Source of the DNA: an uncultured Phycisphaerales bacterium
GTDB lineage: Bacteria > Planctomycetota > Phycisphaerae > Tepidisphaerales > Tepidisphaeraceae
Assembly (NCBI GenBank): GCA_963755915.1
Contig: CAVWLP010000002.1
Coordinates: forward strand, 1,024,001-1,088,000
Reading direction: 5' to 3'
DNA length: 64,000 bases
Position numbers and translations under genes: made by a program
The notes under the pieces: generated by a model
What the model was told of the DNA's origin: nothing
The model's database searches: none
What the model saw: only the letters and a program-made list of their open reading frames with translations
Shown here: piece by piece, positions 20,775-29,934 of the stretch
How the letters are laid out: every line of letters begins with the position of its first letter
Position numbering within the stretch: the first letter of the stretch is position 1

Positions 20775-21398
20775 ATGATTTCCGCCATCACCGGAACTTT
20801 GCATCGCGTCGGCCAGGACCGCGTCCACCTCGCCTGCGGGCCGTTGCTCTACGAAATCCTCGTCCCCGCCTCCGACATCGGCCAACTAAAATCCCTCTCC
20901 AACACGGAAATCACCCTCCACACCATCTTCGATCTCGAAGGCGATGCCAGCCGCGGCGGCCTCACCCCGCGCCTGATCGGATTTCTCCGCCCCGAAGACA
21001 AACAGTTCTTCCAGCTCTTCATCACGGTAAAAGGCATCGGCCCCAAGCGCGCCCTTCGCGCCCTCGTCCAGCCCACCGGCCAGATCGCCGCCGCCATCGA
21101 AGCAAAAAACGCCCGCTATCTTGTCGAACTCCCCGAGATCGGCAAACGCATGGCCGAGCTGATCGTCGCCGAGCTCGCCGGCAAAGCCGCCCCCTTCGCC
21201 CTCACCGGCCACGCCCCCACGGCCATTTCCGCCCATTCCACCGACGAATCCGAAGCCATCGACGCCGCCGTCCAACTCGGCATCCCCCGCGTCGAAGCCG
21301 AACGACTTCTCGAGCGCGCTCGCCAGGTAAGCCCCACCATCAAATCCGCCGAATCCCTCCTCCGCGAAATGCTTAGACTTCGGACGACGCGGGGATAG
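20775..21398 (+). CDS. ruvA: Holliday junction branch migration protein
   Basis: MISAITG, LIGF, VKGIGPK, LPEIGKR HhH motifs; follows ruvC. Confidence 0.93.
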   Translation: MISAITGTLHRVGQDRVHLACGPLLYEILVPASDIGQLKSLSNTEITLHTIFDLEGDASRGGLTPRLIGFLRPEDKQFFQLFITVKGIGPKRALRALVQPTGQIAAAIEAKNARYLVELPEIGKRMAELIVAELAGKAAPFALTGHAPTAISAHSTDESEAIDAAVQLGIPRVEAERLLERARQVSPTIKSAESLLREMLRLRTTRG

Positions 21399-21414
21399 CG
21401 AGCTAAAATACCTC

Positions 21415-22302
21415 ATGCCAAAAAATGGCTTCCGACTTTTTCAGGTCTTCGGAATCACGGTCTTCCTTCACTGGTCCTGGTTCCTCGTCGCCGCCTACGA
21501 CCTCATGCAGCGCCGCGGCGACTACACCTCCCCGCTCTGGAACGTCGCGGAACTCATCTCGCTTTTCGCCATCGTCACCATGCACGAATTCGGCCACGCC
21601 CTCGCCTGCCGCTCGGTAGGGGGGCGGGCCGATCGCATCGTCCTCTGGCCCCTTGGAGGCGTCGCCTACGTAAGCCCGCCTCTTCGCCCGGGCGCAATGC
21701 TCTGGAGCATCGTCGCCGGTCCGCTGGTCAATGTCGCTCTTTTACCCCTCACTCTCCCATTCCTTTTTCTCTCAGGAACCTCGGATTTCGATTTCTTTCT
21801 CCGCTCAGTCGCCATCATCAACCTCGTCCTTTTGATCTTCAATATGCTCCCCGTCTATCCCCTCGACGGCGGCAAGATTCTCTGGTCCCTCCTGTGGTTC
21901 GCGCTGGGAATGGGCCGTTCACTCATGGTCGCCAGCATCATCGGAATCGTCGGCGCCGTTGGCCTCGGCATTTTTGCCCTTTGGGTGAGCGGGCCGTGGC
22001 TCGGACTCATGGCCGCCTTCGCCGCATACCAGGCCTGGATGGGATTCCGCAGCGCGCAAATGGTCCTCCGCCGGCAATCCGCCCCCGTTCGCGAAAACGT
22101 CGCCTGCCCGGTCTGCCGCGCCCATCCACCCCTCGGCCCCTACTGGATCTGCTCCCAATGCAAAGCGCGCTTCGATGCTTTCGAGCACCAGATTTCCTGC
22201 CCCGGCTGCGGACGTCCCCATCTATGGAATACCTGTCTCGCCTGCCGAGCCAAAACCCCTTTCGCCGCCTGGACCCCCCAGCCGCCGGTGGTTCCCTCAT
22301 GA
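21415..22302 (+). CDS. Site-2 (M50) protease with C-terminal Zn-ribbon
   Basis: HEFGH, AGPLVN, NMLPVYPLDGG motifs; CxxC pairs. Confidence 0.92.
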   Translation: MPKNGFRLFQVFGITVFLHWSWFLVAAYDLMQRRGDYTSPLWNVAELISLFAIVTMHEFGHALACRSVGGRADRIVLWPLGGVAYVSPPLRPGAMLWSIVAGPLVNVALLPLTLPFLFLSGTSDFDFFLRSVAIINLVLLIFNMLPVYPLDGGKILWSLLWFALGMGRSLMVASIIGIVGAVGLGIFALWVSGPWLGLMAAFAAYQAWMGFRSAQMVLRRQSAPVRENVACPVCRAHPPLGPYWICSQCKARFDAFEHQISCPGCGRPHLWNTCLACRAKTPFAAWTPQPPVVPS

Positions 22303-22438
22303 CTCAGCGCCTCAATCACTAATTGCAAATTCCCCCGCCCCTGGTACGCCGGGGGAGGGTAGGGGAGGGGGTCGCATGTTTTTGGAGTCTCGCCTGCCGA
22401 CTTTGTGATAGCCGTACAAAGGGTTAAAACTGTATTCA

Positions 22439-23500
22439 ATGCCACGCGAACGCATCGTCTCCGCCGAACCCGCTTCCGAAGAAGAAAATCGCTTTAACTT
22501 CGCCCTCCGCCCCAAAAATTTCTCCCAGTACATCGGCCAGGAAACCCTCCTCCGCCGGCTCAAGATCGCCGTCGATGCCGCCCGCGGACGCAAGGAGCCC
22601 GTCGAGCACATCCTCCTCCACGGCCCCCCCGGCCTCGGCAAAACCACCCTCGCCCACGTCATCGCCAACGAAATGGCCGCTCAGGTCCATGTCACTAACG
22701 GCCCCGCCCTCACCAAGGGCGCCGACCTCGTCGGCATCCTCACCAGGCTTAATCAGGGAGACGTCCTTTTTATCGACGAGATTCATCGCTTGCCGGCAAT
22801 CGTCGAGGAATACCTCTATCCCGCGATGGAGGATTTCAAGGTCGATATCACGGTCGATAAAGGGATGCACGCGCGCACGCTCAACATGGACATCCCTCCC
22901 TTCACTCTCATCGGCGCCACCACCCGCATCGGCCTGCTCACCGGCCCCATGCGTAGCCGCTTCGGCATCTCCAACCACATCGAGTTTTACGCACCCGAAG
23001 CCCTCCACGAAATTCTCCGCCACAACGCCGAGCTCTTGAAAGTGAAGGCGGATGACAAAGCCCTCTGGGAACTCGCCCGCCGCAGCCGCGGAACCCCCAG
23101 GATCGCCAACCGCCTCCTCCGCCGCGTCCGCGATTTCGCCGCCGTCGAGGGGGACGGCCATCTCACCCTCCCCATCACCCAGGAGGCCCTGAAGCTCGAA
23201 GGCATCGACGACCGCGGCCTCGACGAGCAGGACCGTGCCTACCTCCGCACTCTCATCCAGGTCTACGACGGCGGACCCGCCGGCGTCGAAGCAATCGCCG
23301 CCACCCTCGGCGAGGAAGTCGACACCCTCGTCGACGTCGTCGAGCCCTTCCAATTGCAAACCGGCCTCGTCATGCGCACCCGCCAGGGCCGCCGCGCCGC
23401 CAAATCAGCTTACGAACACCTCAAGCTCAAATACGTGCCCCCCGCCCAGCCCCTCGACGAAAGCCAAAACGAGCTCTTCAACGAAGGCGAAAACTCGTAA
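22439..23500 (+). CDS. ruvB: Holliday junction helicase
   Basis: LRPKNF, GPPGLGKTT, FIDEIHR, GATTR, SRGTPR motifs. Confidence 0.97.
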   Translation: MPRERIVSAEPASEEENRFNFALRPKNFSQYIGQETLLRRLKIAVDAARGRKEPVEHILLHGPPGLGKTTLAHVIANEMAAQVHVTNGPALTKGADLVGILTRLNQGDVLFIDEIHRLPAIVEEYLYPAMEDFKVDITVDKGMHARTLNMDIPPFTLIGATTRIGLLTGPMRSRFGISNHIEFYAPEALHEILRHNAELLKVKADDKALWELARRSRGTPRIANRLLRRVRDFAAVEGDGHLTLPITQEALKLEGIDDRGLDEQDRAYLRTLIQVYDGGPAGVEAIAATLGEEVDTLVDVVEPFQLQTGLVMRTRQGRRAAKSAYEHLKLKYVPPAQPLDESQNELFNEGENS

Positions 23501-23724
23501 CATTATCGGCCCCAGATTCCTCCCCTCTTATCCCCTCCCCTGGTACTCCGGGGGGTTTTGGAGGCTGAGCGAAGCGAAGTCCCGACTTGTCGGGAGCCAG
23601 GGTGGGGGCGGTTTACTTCCGTACGGTCTTATCTATCAACACCGCACATATTTGCTCCGATATAAATATAACGCCGCGCGCATTTGATTCATTTTCAAAT
23701 GAACGCACCAGGTCCCGAGCGCCT

Positions 23725-25215
23725 ATGCACAGCACGATCAAATCCGACGTGGTCGTCGTTGCCGACGTAGAGGTCTCTCCCGACGGCATGACCGTCACGC
23801 TCAAGTGCAGCGAAACCCCCGACCGCGGCGTCGCCCCCGAAGATCTCGCCGCCCAACTCACCGGCATGGGAATCCTCGTCCCCGACCCCCAGCTCATCGC
23901 CAGCCACGCCGACCCCGACGGTAAAATTCGCGCCCACGCCGACATCCTCCTTCTCGAGGGCACCCGCCCCATCCACGGCAAGCCATCCTGGTTGGAAATC
24001 CTCGTCACACCACCCGACCCCAATCTCAAGCTCAGCCACTACGAGCGCATGGCCTACCTCACCGCCCGCCCCGGACAGGTCATCGCCAAAATCCATCCCG
24101 CCCTCAAAGGCACCGACGGCATCGACGTCTTCGGCAAGCCCGCCTCCCACATGAAGGCCCAAAGCCCCGTCTTCGACCTCGGCAAAAACGTCGCCCTCGA
24201 CCCCGATGGCATGATCATCCGCGCCACCACCCTCGGCAGAATCAATCACGAGGGCTATTCCCTCTGGGTCGAAGACGCTCTCGAAGTGCCGGGCAACGTC
24301 GATTTCGCCTCCGGCAACGTCGACGTCTCCGGCGACGTCCACATCCGCCGTGGCGTCCTCGACCTCTTCAAGGTCAAAGGCGCAAACGTCTTCGTCGGGG
24401 GCGCCGTCGAAGGCGCTGAAATCGTCGCCAACGGCAACCTCCACGTGAACGGCGGAATCGTCGGCAAGGAAAAAGGACACTGCTCCGCCACCGGCGATAT
24501 CTCCTGCAAATATTCCACCAACGCCACCCTCATCGCCGGTGGAAACGTCGTCGTCAACGGCACCGTCTCCAACTCCAATATCGCCTGTACCGGACGCCTC
24601 GCCGTCGATCGCGGCCCCCTCATGTCCGCCCACGTCACCGCCAACGGTGGTGTCTCCTGCCAGTCCCTCGGAACACCCACCAGCGAAAAAATCTTCGTCG
24701 AAGCCGGCATCGACGACGCCCTCCGCCAACTCGCCAAATCAAAGCTCCACATCGTCCTCGCCCGCCGAAAAAAAGCCGCCGACATGCGCACCAACGTCGA
24801 GCAGATGCTCAAGCAGATGCGCAACCCCACCCCCACCCAGAAGCAGCAGTCCACCGACATGCTCAATGAAGCCCTCGCCGCCGAAAAAGAAGCCGACGAA
24901 ATGCTCCGCGCCCTCCGCCAGGCCTACGACGCCAGCCGCGCCAAACGCTGTCCCGAAGTCGTCGTCCAGAACGTCGTCCACGCCGGCGCTTCCATCCGTT
25001 TCCCCGGCGTCGAAACCACCATCGAGACCGACTGGCAAGGTCCCCTTCGCCTCATCCCCAGCAAAACCGGCGAAGAATGGGAAATCCTTCTCATCGACCT
25101 CACCACCAACAGCAAGCAGGTCCTCCCCTCCCACGCCTGCACCGACCCCATCATGACCGCCCTGGAAAAAGCCATGGAAGAAACCCGCCCCCAGCCCCGC
25201 CATTCGTCAGATTAG
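23725..25215 (+). CDS. FapA/DUF342 family protein
   Basis: GIDVFGK, GNVDFASGNVDVSGDV beta-helix repeats and a coiled coil. Confidence 0.8.
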   Translation: MHSTIKSDVVVVADVEVSPDGMTVTLKCSETPDRGVAPEDLAAQLTGMGILVPDPQLIASHADPDGKIRAHADILLLEGTRPIHGKPSWLEILVTPPDPNLKLSHYERMAYLTARPGQVIAKIHPALKGTDGIDVFGKPASHMKAQSPVFDLGKNVALDPDGMIIRATTLGRINHEGYSLWVEDALEVPGNVDFASGNVDVSGDVHIRRGVLDLFKVKGANVFVGGAVEGAEIVANGNLHVNGGIVGKEKGHCSATGDISCKYSTNATLIAGGNVVVNGTVSNSNIACTGRLAVDRGPLMSAHVTANGGVSCQSLGTPTSEKIFVEAGIDDALRQLAKSKLHIVLARRKKAADMRTNVEQMLKQMRNPTPTQKQQSTDMLNEALAAEKEADEMLRALRQAYDASRAKRCPEVVVQNVVHAGASIRFPGVETTIETDWQGPLRLIPSKTGEEWEILLIDLTTNSKQVLPSHACTDPIMTALEKAMEETRPQPRHSSD

Positions 25216-25284
25216 GTAGAAACACTCAAGAGATTCCCGAGTATTTCCCCCTCGCCCGGTACTCCGGCCTTCGGCTCTGAGCCT

Positions 25285-26641
25285 TGTTTTGTTCCAGGAC
25301 ATAGATAACACCTCTCTCAGGACATAGGTAACACTTTTTGTGTGCTGTGCCGAGCCGGAGGGAGCGCAGCGACCGGAGGCTCGGCACAGCACACAACTCG
25401 CCGACGGCCTCGGCTGATTTCCTTCAGATTGACGCCCGCCACTGTTTGTCTGGCATAGACCACGGCCATTATTCCATCCGCCGCGGTCAACCGAATCGCT
25501 ACCGTCTCGCCCGCAAAGGCAATGCCCAAACGCCACTCGATGCTCCGGAAGGCGAACAGCCCATTGCGATCCACCTTTCTCACCTGGTCACCGGCAAGGT
25601 ACTCCACCTTGAGATCAGGCTCGTAAGCCCGAGGACTTTTGCCGTAGCGGCTGGCCGGAACCGCCAGACCCAACGCCTCGTGGGGACGCACGCAATTGTA
25701 CTGCTCACGCCAGGGGTCGAAATGCTTCTGGGCATCAGCCATATTGGCCAGCGGCTGACGCATCAGCAGCTCCTCTTTAAGCGTTCGATGCAGACGCTCG
25801 TCCTTGCCTTGTGTTTGCGGGTGACGCGGACGGCCGTGACATACTCCCACGTTCTGACGCAACAGCCACAGACCCAAACGCGTGTACCCTTGCCGTTCCT
25901 GCCCATGCCAGGTGCCCCACGGAGGACCGTTGTCGCACAAAATCCTCAGCGGCAGGCCATTTTGCTGGAATAGTCGCACCAATGCGGGCTTCACATCCTG
26001 CTCGGTCTCACCCGTGCATGCCTGCAGGCAAAGACAATAACGTGAGTGATCATCCAGCACCGTCAGGGCATGGCAACGCCGCCCGTTGCCCAAGGCGAAA
26101 TGTCCCTTGAAGTCCATCTGCCAAAGGTCATTGGGCTGATCGTGCTCAAAGCGTTGAAACGCCCGGTGCTGTGATGATCGAGCCGGATCGATCAGTCCAC
26201 CGCGAAATAAAATACGCCCGATCGTGCTCACCGCAGGCAACGTCGCCGGATCCCGACCCTGATTCTCCAGCAGCTTCCTCAGCTTGCGGCCTCCCCACAC
26301 CGGATGCTTCATGCGAAGCCTCACAACCGCCTGCCTCATCCGGCCGTCCACCTGTGCGGGACTGGCGTGCGGGCGACGCGAACGATCCAACAATCCCGCC
26401 TGACCCTCGGCACGATAACGCCGGAGCCATTTGTAACCACAGCGCCGGCTGATTCCGAACCGTCGGCAAAGCGCTGCCAGGTTAGCATCCGCCCGCATAG
26501 CCAGTTGCACAAACTCACCGCGAACTTCGTTCGTCACACATTCCTTCCAGGGCATCGGCCTCCTTTTTGGCCGTGATACCCAAAATGAAATGTGTTACCT
26601 ATGTCCTGAGAGACCTGTTACCCATGTCTCCGGTCTATACA
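25285..26641 (-). mobile_element. IS481-family insertion sequence
   Basis: TGT...ACA ends; ~50-bp imperfect IRs, each with two GACAT(A/G)G(G/A)TAACA boxes. Confidence 0.92.
25317..26555 (-). CDS. IS481 transposase (HTH + rve)
   Basis: MPWKE, LCRRFGISR, WQMDFKG, DDHSR, DNG, PQTQGKDER, RPHEAL motifs. Confidence 0.96.
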   Translation of the reverse strand: MPWKECVTNEVRGEFVQLAMRADANLAALCRRFGISRRCGYKWLRRYRAEGQAGLLDRSRRPHASPAQVDGRMRQAVVRLRMKHPVWGGRKLRKLLENQGRDPATLPAVSTIGRILFRGGLIDPARSSQHRAFQRFEHDQPNDLWQMDFKGHFALGNGRRCHALTVLDDHSRYCLCLQACTGETEQDVKPALVRLFQQNGLPLRILCDNGPPWGTWHGQERQGYTRLGLWLLRQNVGVCHGRPRHPQTQGKDERLHRTLKEELLMRQPLANMADAQKHFDPWREQYNCVRPHEALGLAVPASRYGKSPRAYEPDLKVEYLAGDQVRKVDRNGLFAFRSIEWRLGIAFAGETVAIRLTAADGIMAVVYARQTVAGVNLKEISRGRRRVVCCAEPPVAALPPARHSTQKVLPMS

Positions 26642-26729
26642 AGGCTCAGGCTCGAAGAGGAGAGGGTCGGGGTGAGGGCCTGAAAAAAAACCAGCCCCGC
26701 ATCGTGCGTCGTTCGGCGAATAGCGCGCC

Positions 26730-27932
26730 TCACACGATCCGCTCAACCGCCTCCGGTGTACTGTCGCTCTCCATCCCCGAATCCCCACCCTTCCTCACCT
26801 CAAGATTCTCCCTCGACCTCCTCCGATACTGCCTAGGACTCAGCCCAAACCTTTCCTGAAACGCCGTGCTAAGCTGCCGCGTCTCCTTAAACCCGCAAGC
26901 ATCCGCGATCTCCCGCACCGGCCGATCCGTCCCCGCCAGCAGCAGCCGCGCACGCTCAATCTGCACCCGCCGGATTTCCTGGTAAGGCGATCTCCCCAGC
27001 GCCTTGCGAAACCGCATCTCCAGCGATCGCCGCGAGAGTGCCGTCCGCGCCAGCAAATCTTCCACGCTGATATCCCTACCTCCCTGGTCCCGGATGAACC
27101 GCATGACGGACGCCACCTCCCCATCCCCCAGCGCGATCACATCCGTCGATCGCCTGGTGATCACCTCCCGCGGCGGAATCAAAATCGGTTTTGCCGGCGC
27201 CGCTTCCCCCGCGATCAACCGCGCCAGCAGCGCCGCCGCTTCATACCCGATCTGTTCCGTATTCAGCCGAATGCTCGACAGCCTCACCCCCGAAAGCTCG
27301 CATTGAATGTCATCGTTATCCACCCCCAGCACCGCCACATCATCCGGCACAATCGCGCCGTTCCGAACCACTTCCCGCACGATCTCCCGCGCAAACGCGT
27401 CGTTGTAACAAAAAATCCCCAGCGGCCGCGGCAGCGATCTCAGCACCTCCTCGCGCTGCAGCGCCGAATCCTCCCCCGACATATCCATCGCCTGACACGA
27501 ATACGGCGCCACCGCCTCGCAAAACGCGTCCCGCCTGATCCGGCAGCACTCCAGCTCAAACGGCCCGCAAAACGCGAAGCTCCGCAAATGCCGCTCTTCC
27601 AGAAAATATCGCGCCGCCATCCGACCCGTCGCAACGTCATCGGGAAAAACCCCCGGCAATCCCGCCTCCGGATTCAAAATATTCGCGACATTCACCGCCG
27701 GCTTCCCCATCTGGATGAGGAAGTCCGCCTGCCCCCGATCCTTGATCTGGATGATGAACCCGTCGAAATCGTCCTTCGTCAGGCTCCGCGAAAAATCCCA
27801 GTCCGACATCGGATTGAAATCAAAGTCCCAGTTCCCATGGATCTTCGCGAAGTCCGCAATCCCGCGCAGAATCCCCCGGCTATACGCGTACGCAATGTTC
27901 GCACAAAGTCGGATTCGCAGGTTTTCAGCCAT
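26730..27932 (-). CDS. XylR-type regulator (periplasmic-binding-like domain + AraC HTH)
   Basis: VPDDVAVLGVDND, LSSI, RRSTD, SRRSLEMRF motifs; C-terminal AraC HTH. Confidence 0.92.
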   Translation of the reverse strand: MAENLRIRLCANIAYAYSRGILRGIADFAKIHGNWDFDFNPMSDWDFSRSLTKDDFDGFIIQIKDRGQADFLIQMGKPAVNVANILNPEAGLPGVFPDDVATGRMAARYFLEERHLRSFAFCGPFELECCRIRRDAFCEAVAPYSCQAMDMSGEDSALQREEVLRSLPRPLGIFCYNDAFAREIVREVVRNGAIVPDDVAVLGVDNDDIQCELSGVRLSSIRLNTEQIGYEAAALLARLIAGEAAPAKPILIPPREVITRRSTDVIALGDGEVASVMRFIRDQGGRDISVEDLLARTALSRRSLEMRFRKALGRSPYQEIRRVQIERARLLLAGTDRPVREIADACGFKETRQLSTAFQERFGLSPRQYRRRSRENLEVRKGGDSGMESDSTPEAVERIV

Positions 27933-28435
27933 AAACCTCGACGTTGCGTATATTGTGAACATATTAGCAGCTTTTTGCACTGTCGCGAGCATACCCCAAC
28001 ATTTTCTAAGGAATATTCCCCCCAACTTATTGCCGGAAAACACGTTATCGGCTGTTAATCCCCCGAATCCGGGTTACTGCCCGACTCGCGTTCTGATACT
28101 TTTGCCGTTCGTGAGGTCTCTACGTTTTTTGCCGCTCGCCTTCCTCGTCGGACGAGAGGGTTTCGTCTTCTTCCTCCCGTTCCTTCTGGCCTGCATTTTC
28201 ATTCATTTAGTAGTTCGCGCCGCCCGGGGTTGATCGAAACCTCAGCCAAATCAGCAGCCAAAATTCTCGAACTTCTCCCCCGACTTTCTTCCCAACACCT
28301 CACAGCCGCCCCGAACGTCACCGGGGCAGCCATGTGTTATCGCGGCGGAACCGCGTTTTATAATCGCATGAAAGGCCATCTCCCTGCCGGAAGTTAACAT
28401 TCCGGTTTTGGTGTCATTCACACAAGGAGATAGCC

Positions 28436-29635
28436 ATGAAGTTATACGACAAGGTAGTTCAGGTAGGGCTGGACGTCCATCGGAAGTTCTCGTCCGCCAG
28501 TCTGCGCGACGCTTCCGGGAAGGTCATTGCTCGCGAACGCCTGGATCACCTGGATCGCCAAAAGCTTCGAGAGCGAATCGCTCAGTGGCCGCGAGGCACG
28601 CCGGTGATCCTGGAAGCGACATTTGGCTGGGGATGGCTCAGCGATGAGTTGCAGATTTTGAACATGCAGCCCCACCTGGCCTCGAGCCGCAAAGTGGCGG
28701 CATGGCGGGAAGGACGCGGGATCGCCAAGAGCAACAAGGTCGATGCCGACCTGCTCAGTGAACTCTGGAACGAAAAACCGATATTTAAGCGAGGCATCAT
28801 GAAGCGCTGGTGGGAAGTCTGGCTGGCCCCACGCGAGATTCGTGATCAGCGGGAGCTGCTGCGCCATCGGATGACCCTCGTTCAGGCTCAAACGCAGTTG
28901 AAAAATCGCATTCACGCGACGCTGCACCGCCATGGAATCGTCAGCGAGCTCACCGACCTCTTCGGTGTGCAGGGCCGGCGTTTCCTGTCGCTGCTCACCG
29001 AGGACAAGACCCTGAGCCTCTCAGGACGCCAGACGCTCAAGGAAGATCTCATGCTGCTGGATTCTCTGCGTCGCCTGATCGCACGGGCCACCCGCCGGTT
29101 CCGCGCGACCATGAAACGATCGGAGATCGGCCAGCGCCTGATGACCGTGCCGGGCATCTCCACCGTGCTGGGATATACGCTGGTCGCCGAGATCGGCCGA
29201 ATCGATCGTTTCTCCTCCAGTCGATGCCTGCTCCAATACAGCCTGCTGGCGCCGCAGGCCGACGACAGCGGAGAAGATCGCGATGCCAAGCCCATCGGCC
29301 GCCGACTTGGTCACGCCGGTCGCACTACCCTTCAGTGGGCCTTTATTCAGGCCGCCCACTCGGCAGTGCAAAGGGACGCTTTTTTGCGAGAACTTTTCAA
29401 TCGCCGTACCAACAACGGCAAACAGGACCGCGGTCGCGGCTACATCACCGTCGCCAACCGCATATGTCGGATCGTCTATTCAATGTGGAACAACAACCAG
29501 GATTATCAGGAGGTGCCGCCCCCAAGACCGGGAAGCAAAAGACATAAGGAACTGATCTCGTCCGGAAGTGGGCCAGCCCTGGCTCGAATTGGCCATGAGC
29601 CCGAAGCAATTCAGGCTCGAGAGGCCACGTTATAA
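28436..29635 (+). CDS. IS110 RuvC-like DEDD recombinase/transposase
   Basis: VGLDVH, ILEAT, KSNKVDA, TVPGI, AEIG, LAPQADDSG (catalytic Ser motif), VANR; AAGGAG RBS. Confidence 0.96.
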   Translation: MKLYDKVVQVGLDVHRKFSSASLRDASGKVIARERLDHLDRQKLRERIAQWPRGTPVILEATFGWGWLSDELQILNMQPHLASSRKVAAWREGRGIAKSNKVDADLLSELWNEKPIFKRGIMKRWWEVWLAPREIRDQRELLRHRMTLVQAQTQLKNRIHATLHRHGIVSELTDLFGVQGRRFLSLLTEDKTLSLSGRQTLKEDLMLLDSLRRLIARATRRFRATMKRSEIGQRLMTVPGISTVLGYTLVAEIGRIDRFSSSRCLLQYSLLAPQADDSGEDRDAKPIGRRLGHAGRTTLQWAFIQAAHSAVQRDAFLRELFNRRTNNGKQDRGRGYITVANRICRIVYSMWNNNQDYQEVPPPRPGSKRHKELISSGSGPALARIGHEPEAIQAREATL

Positions 29636-29730
29636 TTGGGCCGCCCGCGCCGGATGAGATCATGTGCCGCTCGGCCAAACGCTGTTGATCGGGCCCGGCC
29701 AGCACGAATGGATATATGGACCGCCGAGAG
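29553..29730 (+). ncRNA. Candidate bridge/seekRNA
   Basis: Hand-folded long hairpin 29553-29662 with internal-loop strands GGCTCGAAT and ACGTTATAAT matching the target; ATGGATA (29708-14) matches the element right end. Boundaries are inferred. Confidence 0.7.
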
Positions 29731-29934
29731 GCCAGTCACCAGCCGGCAGACGGACGAAGAGGTCTCGGAATGAAAAAGAAGTAACCGCTTTTCGCGAGGA
29801 GAATTTTTTTGTTGATCGGGGAAGCCTTTCATGGATATTCGAGCCCCCGCCTCTTCTCGTCACCCAGACCGTAACCGAAAATACTCTTCCTTCTTCTCGA
29901 TCTAAATGTCTGACGATCTCGCCCGCCTATTCAT

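Larger units (their letters stand above)
28363..29837 (+). mobile_element. IS110-family (IS1111-type) element inserted in repeat A
   Basis: Subterminal IRs CATGAAAGGC (28367-28376) and GCCTTTCATG (29824-29833); ATA at both junctions (28360-62, 29835-37); flanks rejoin into an intact repeat A; long 3' non-coding end. Confidence 0.93.

Noticed and set aside
25297-25334. Link between the IS481 terminal GGTAACA boxes and the GTAACA triple repeat at 35752
   Set aside because: The spacing differs (23 versus 10 bp) and there is no flanking similarity; likely coincidence.
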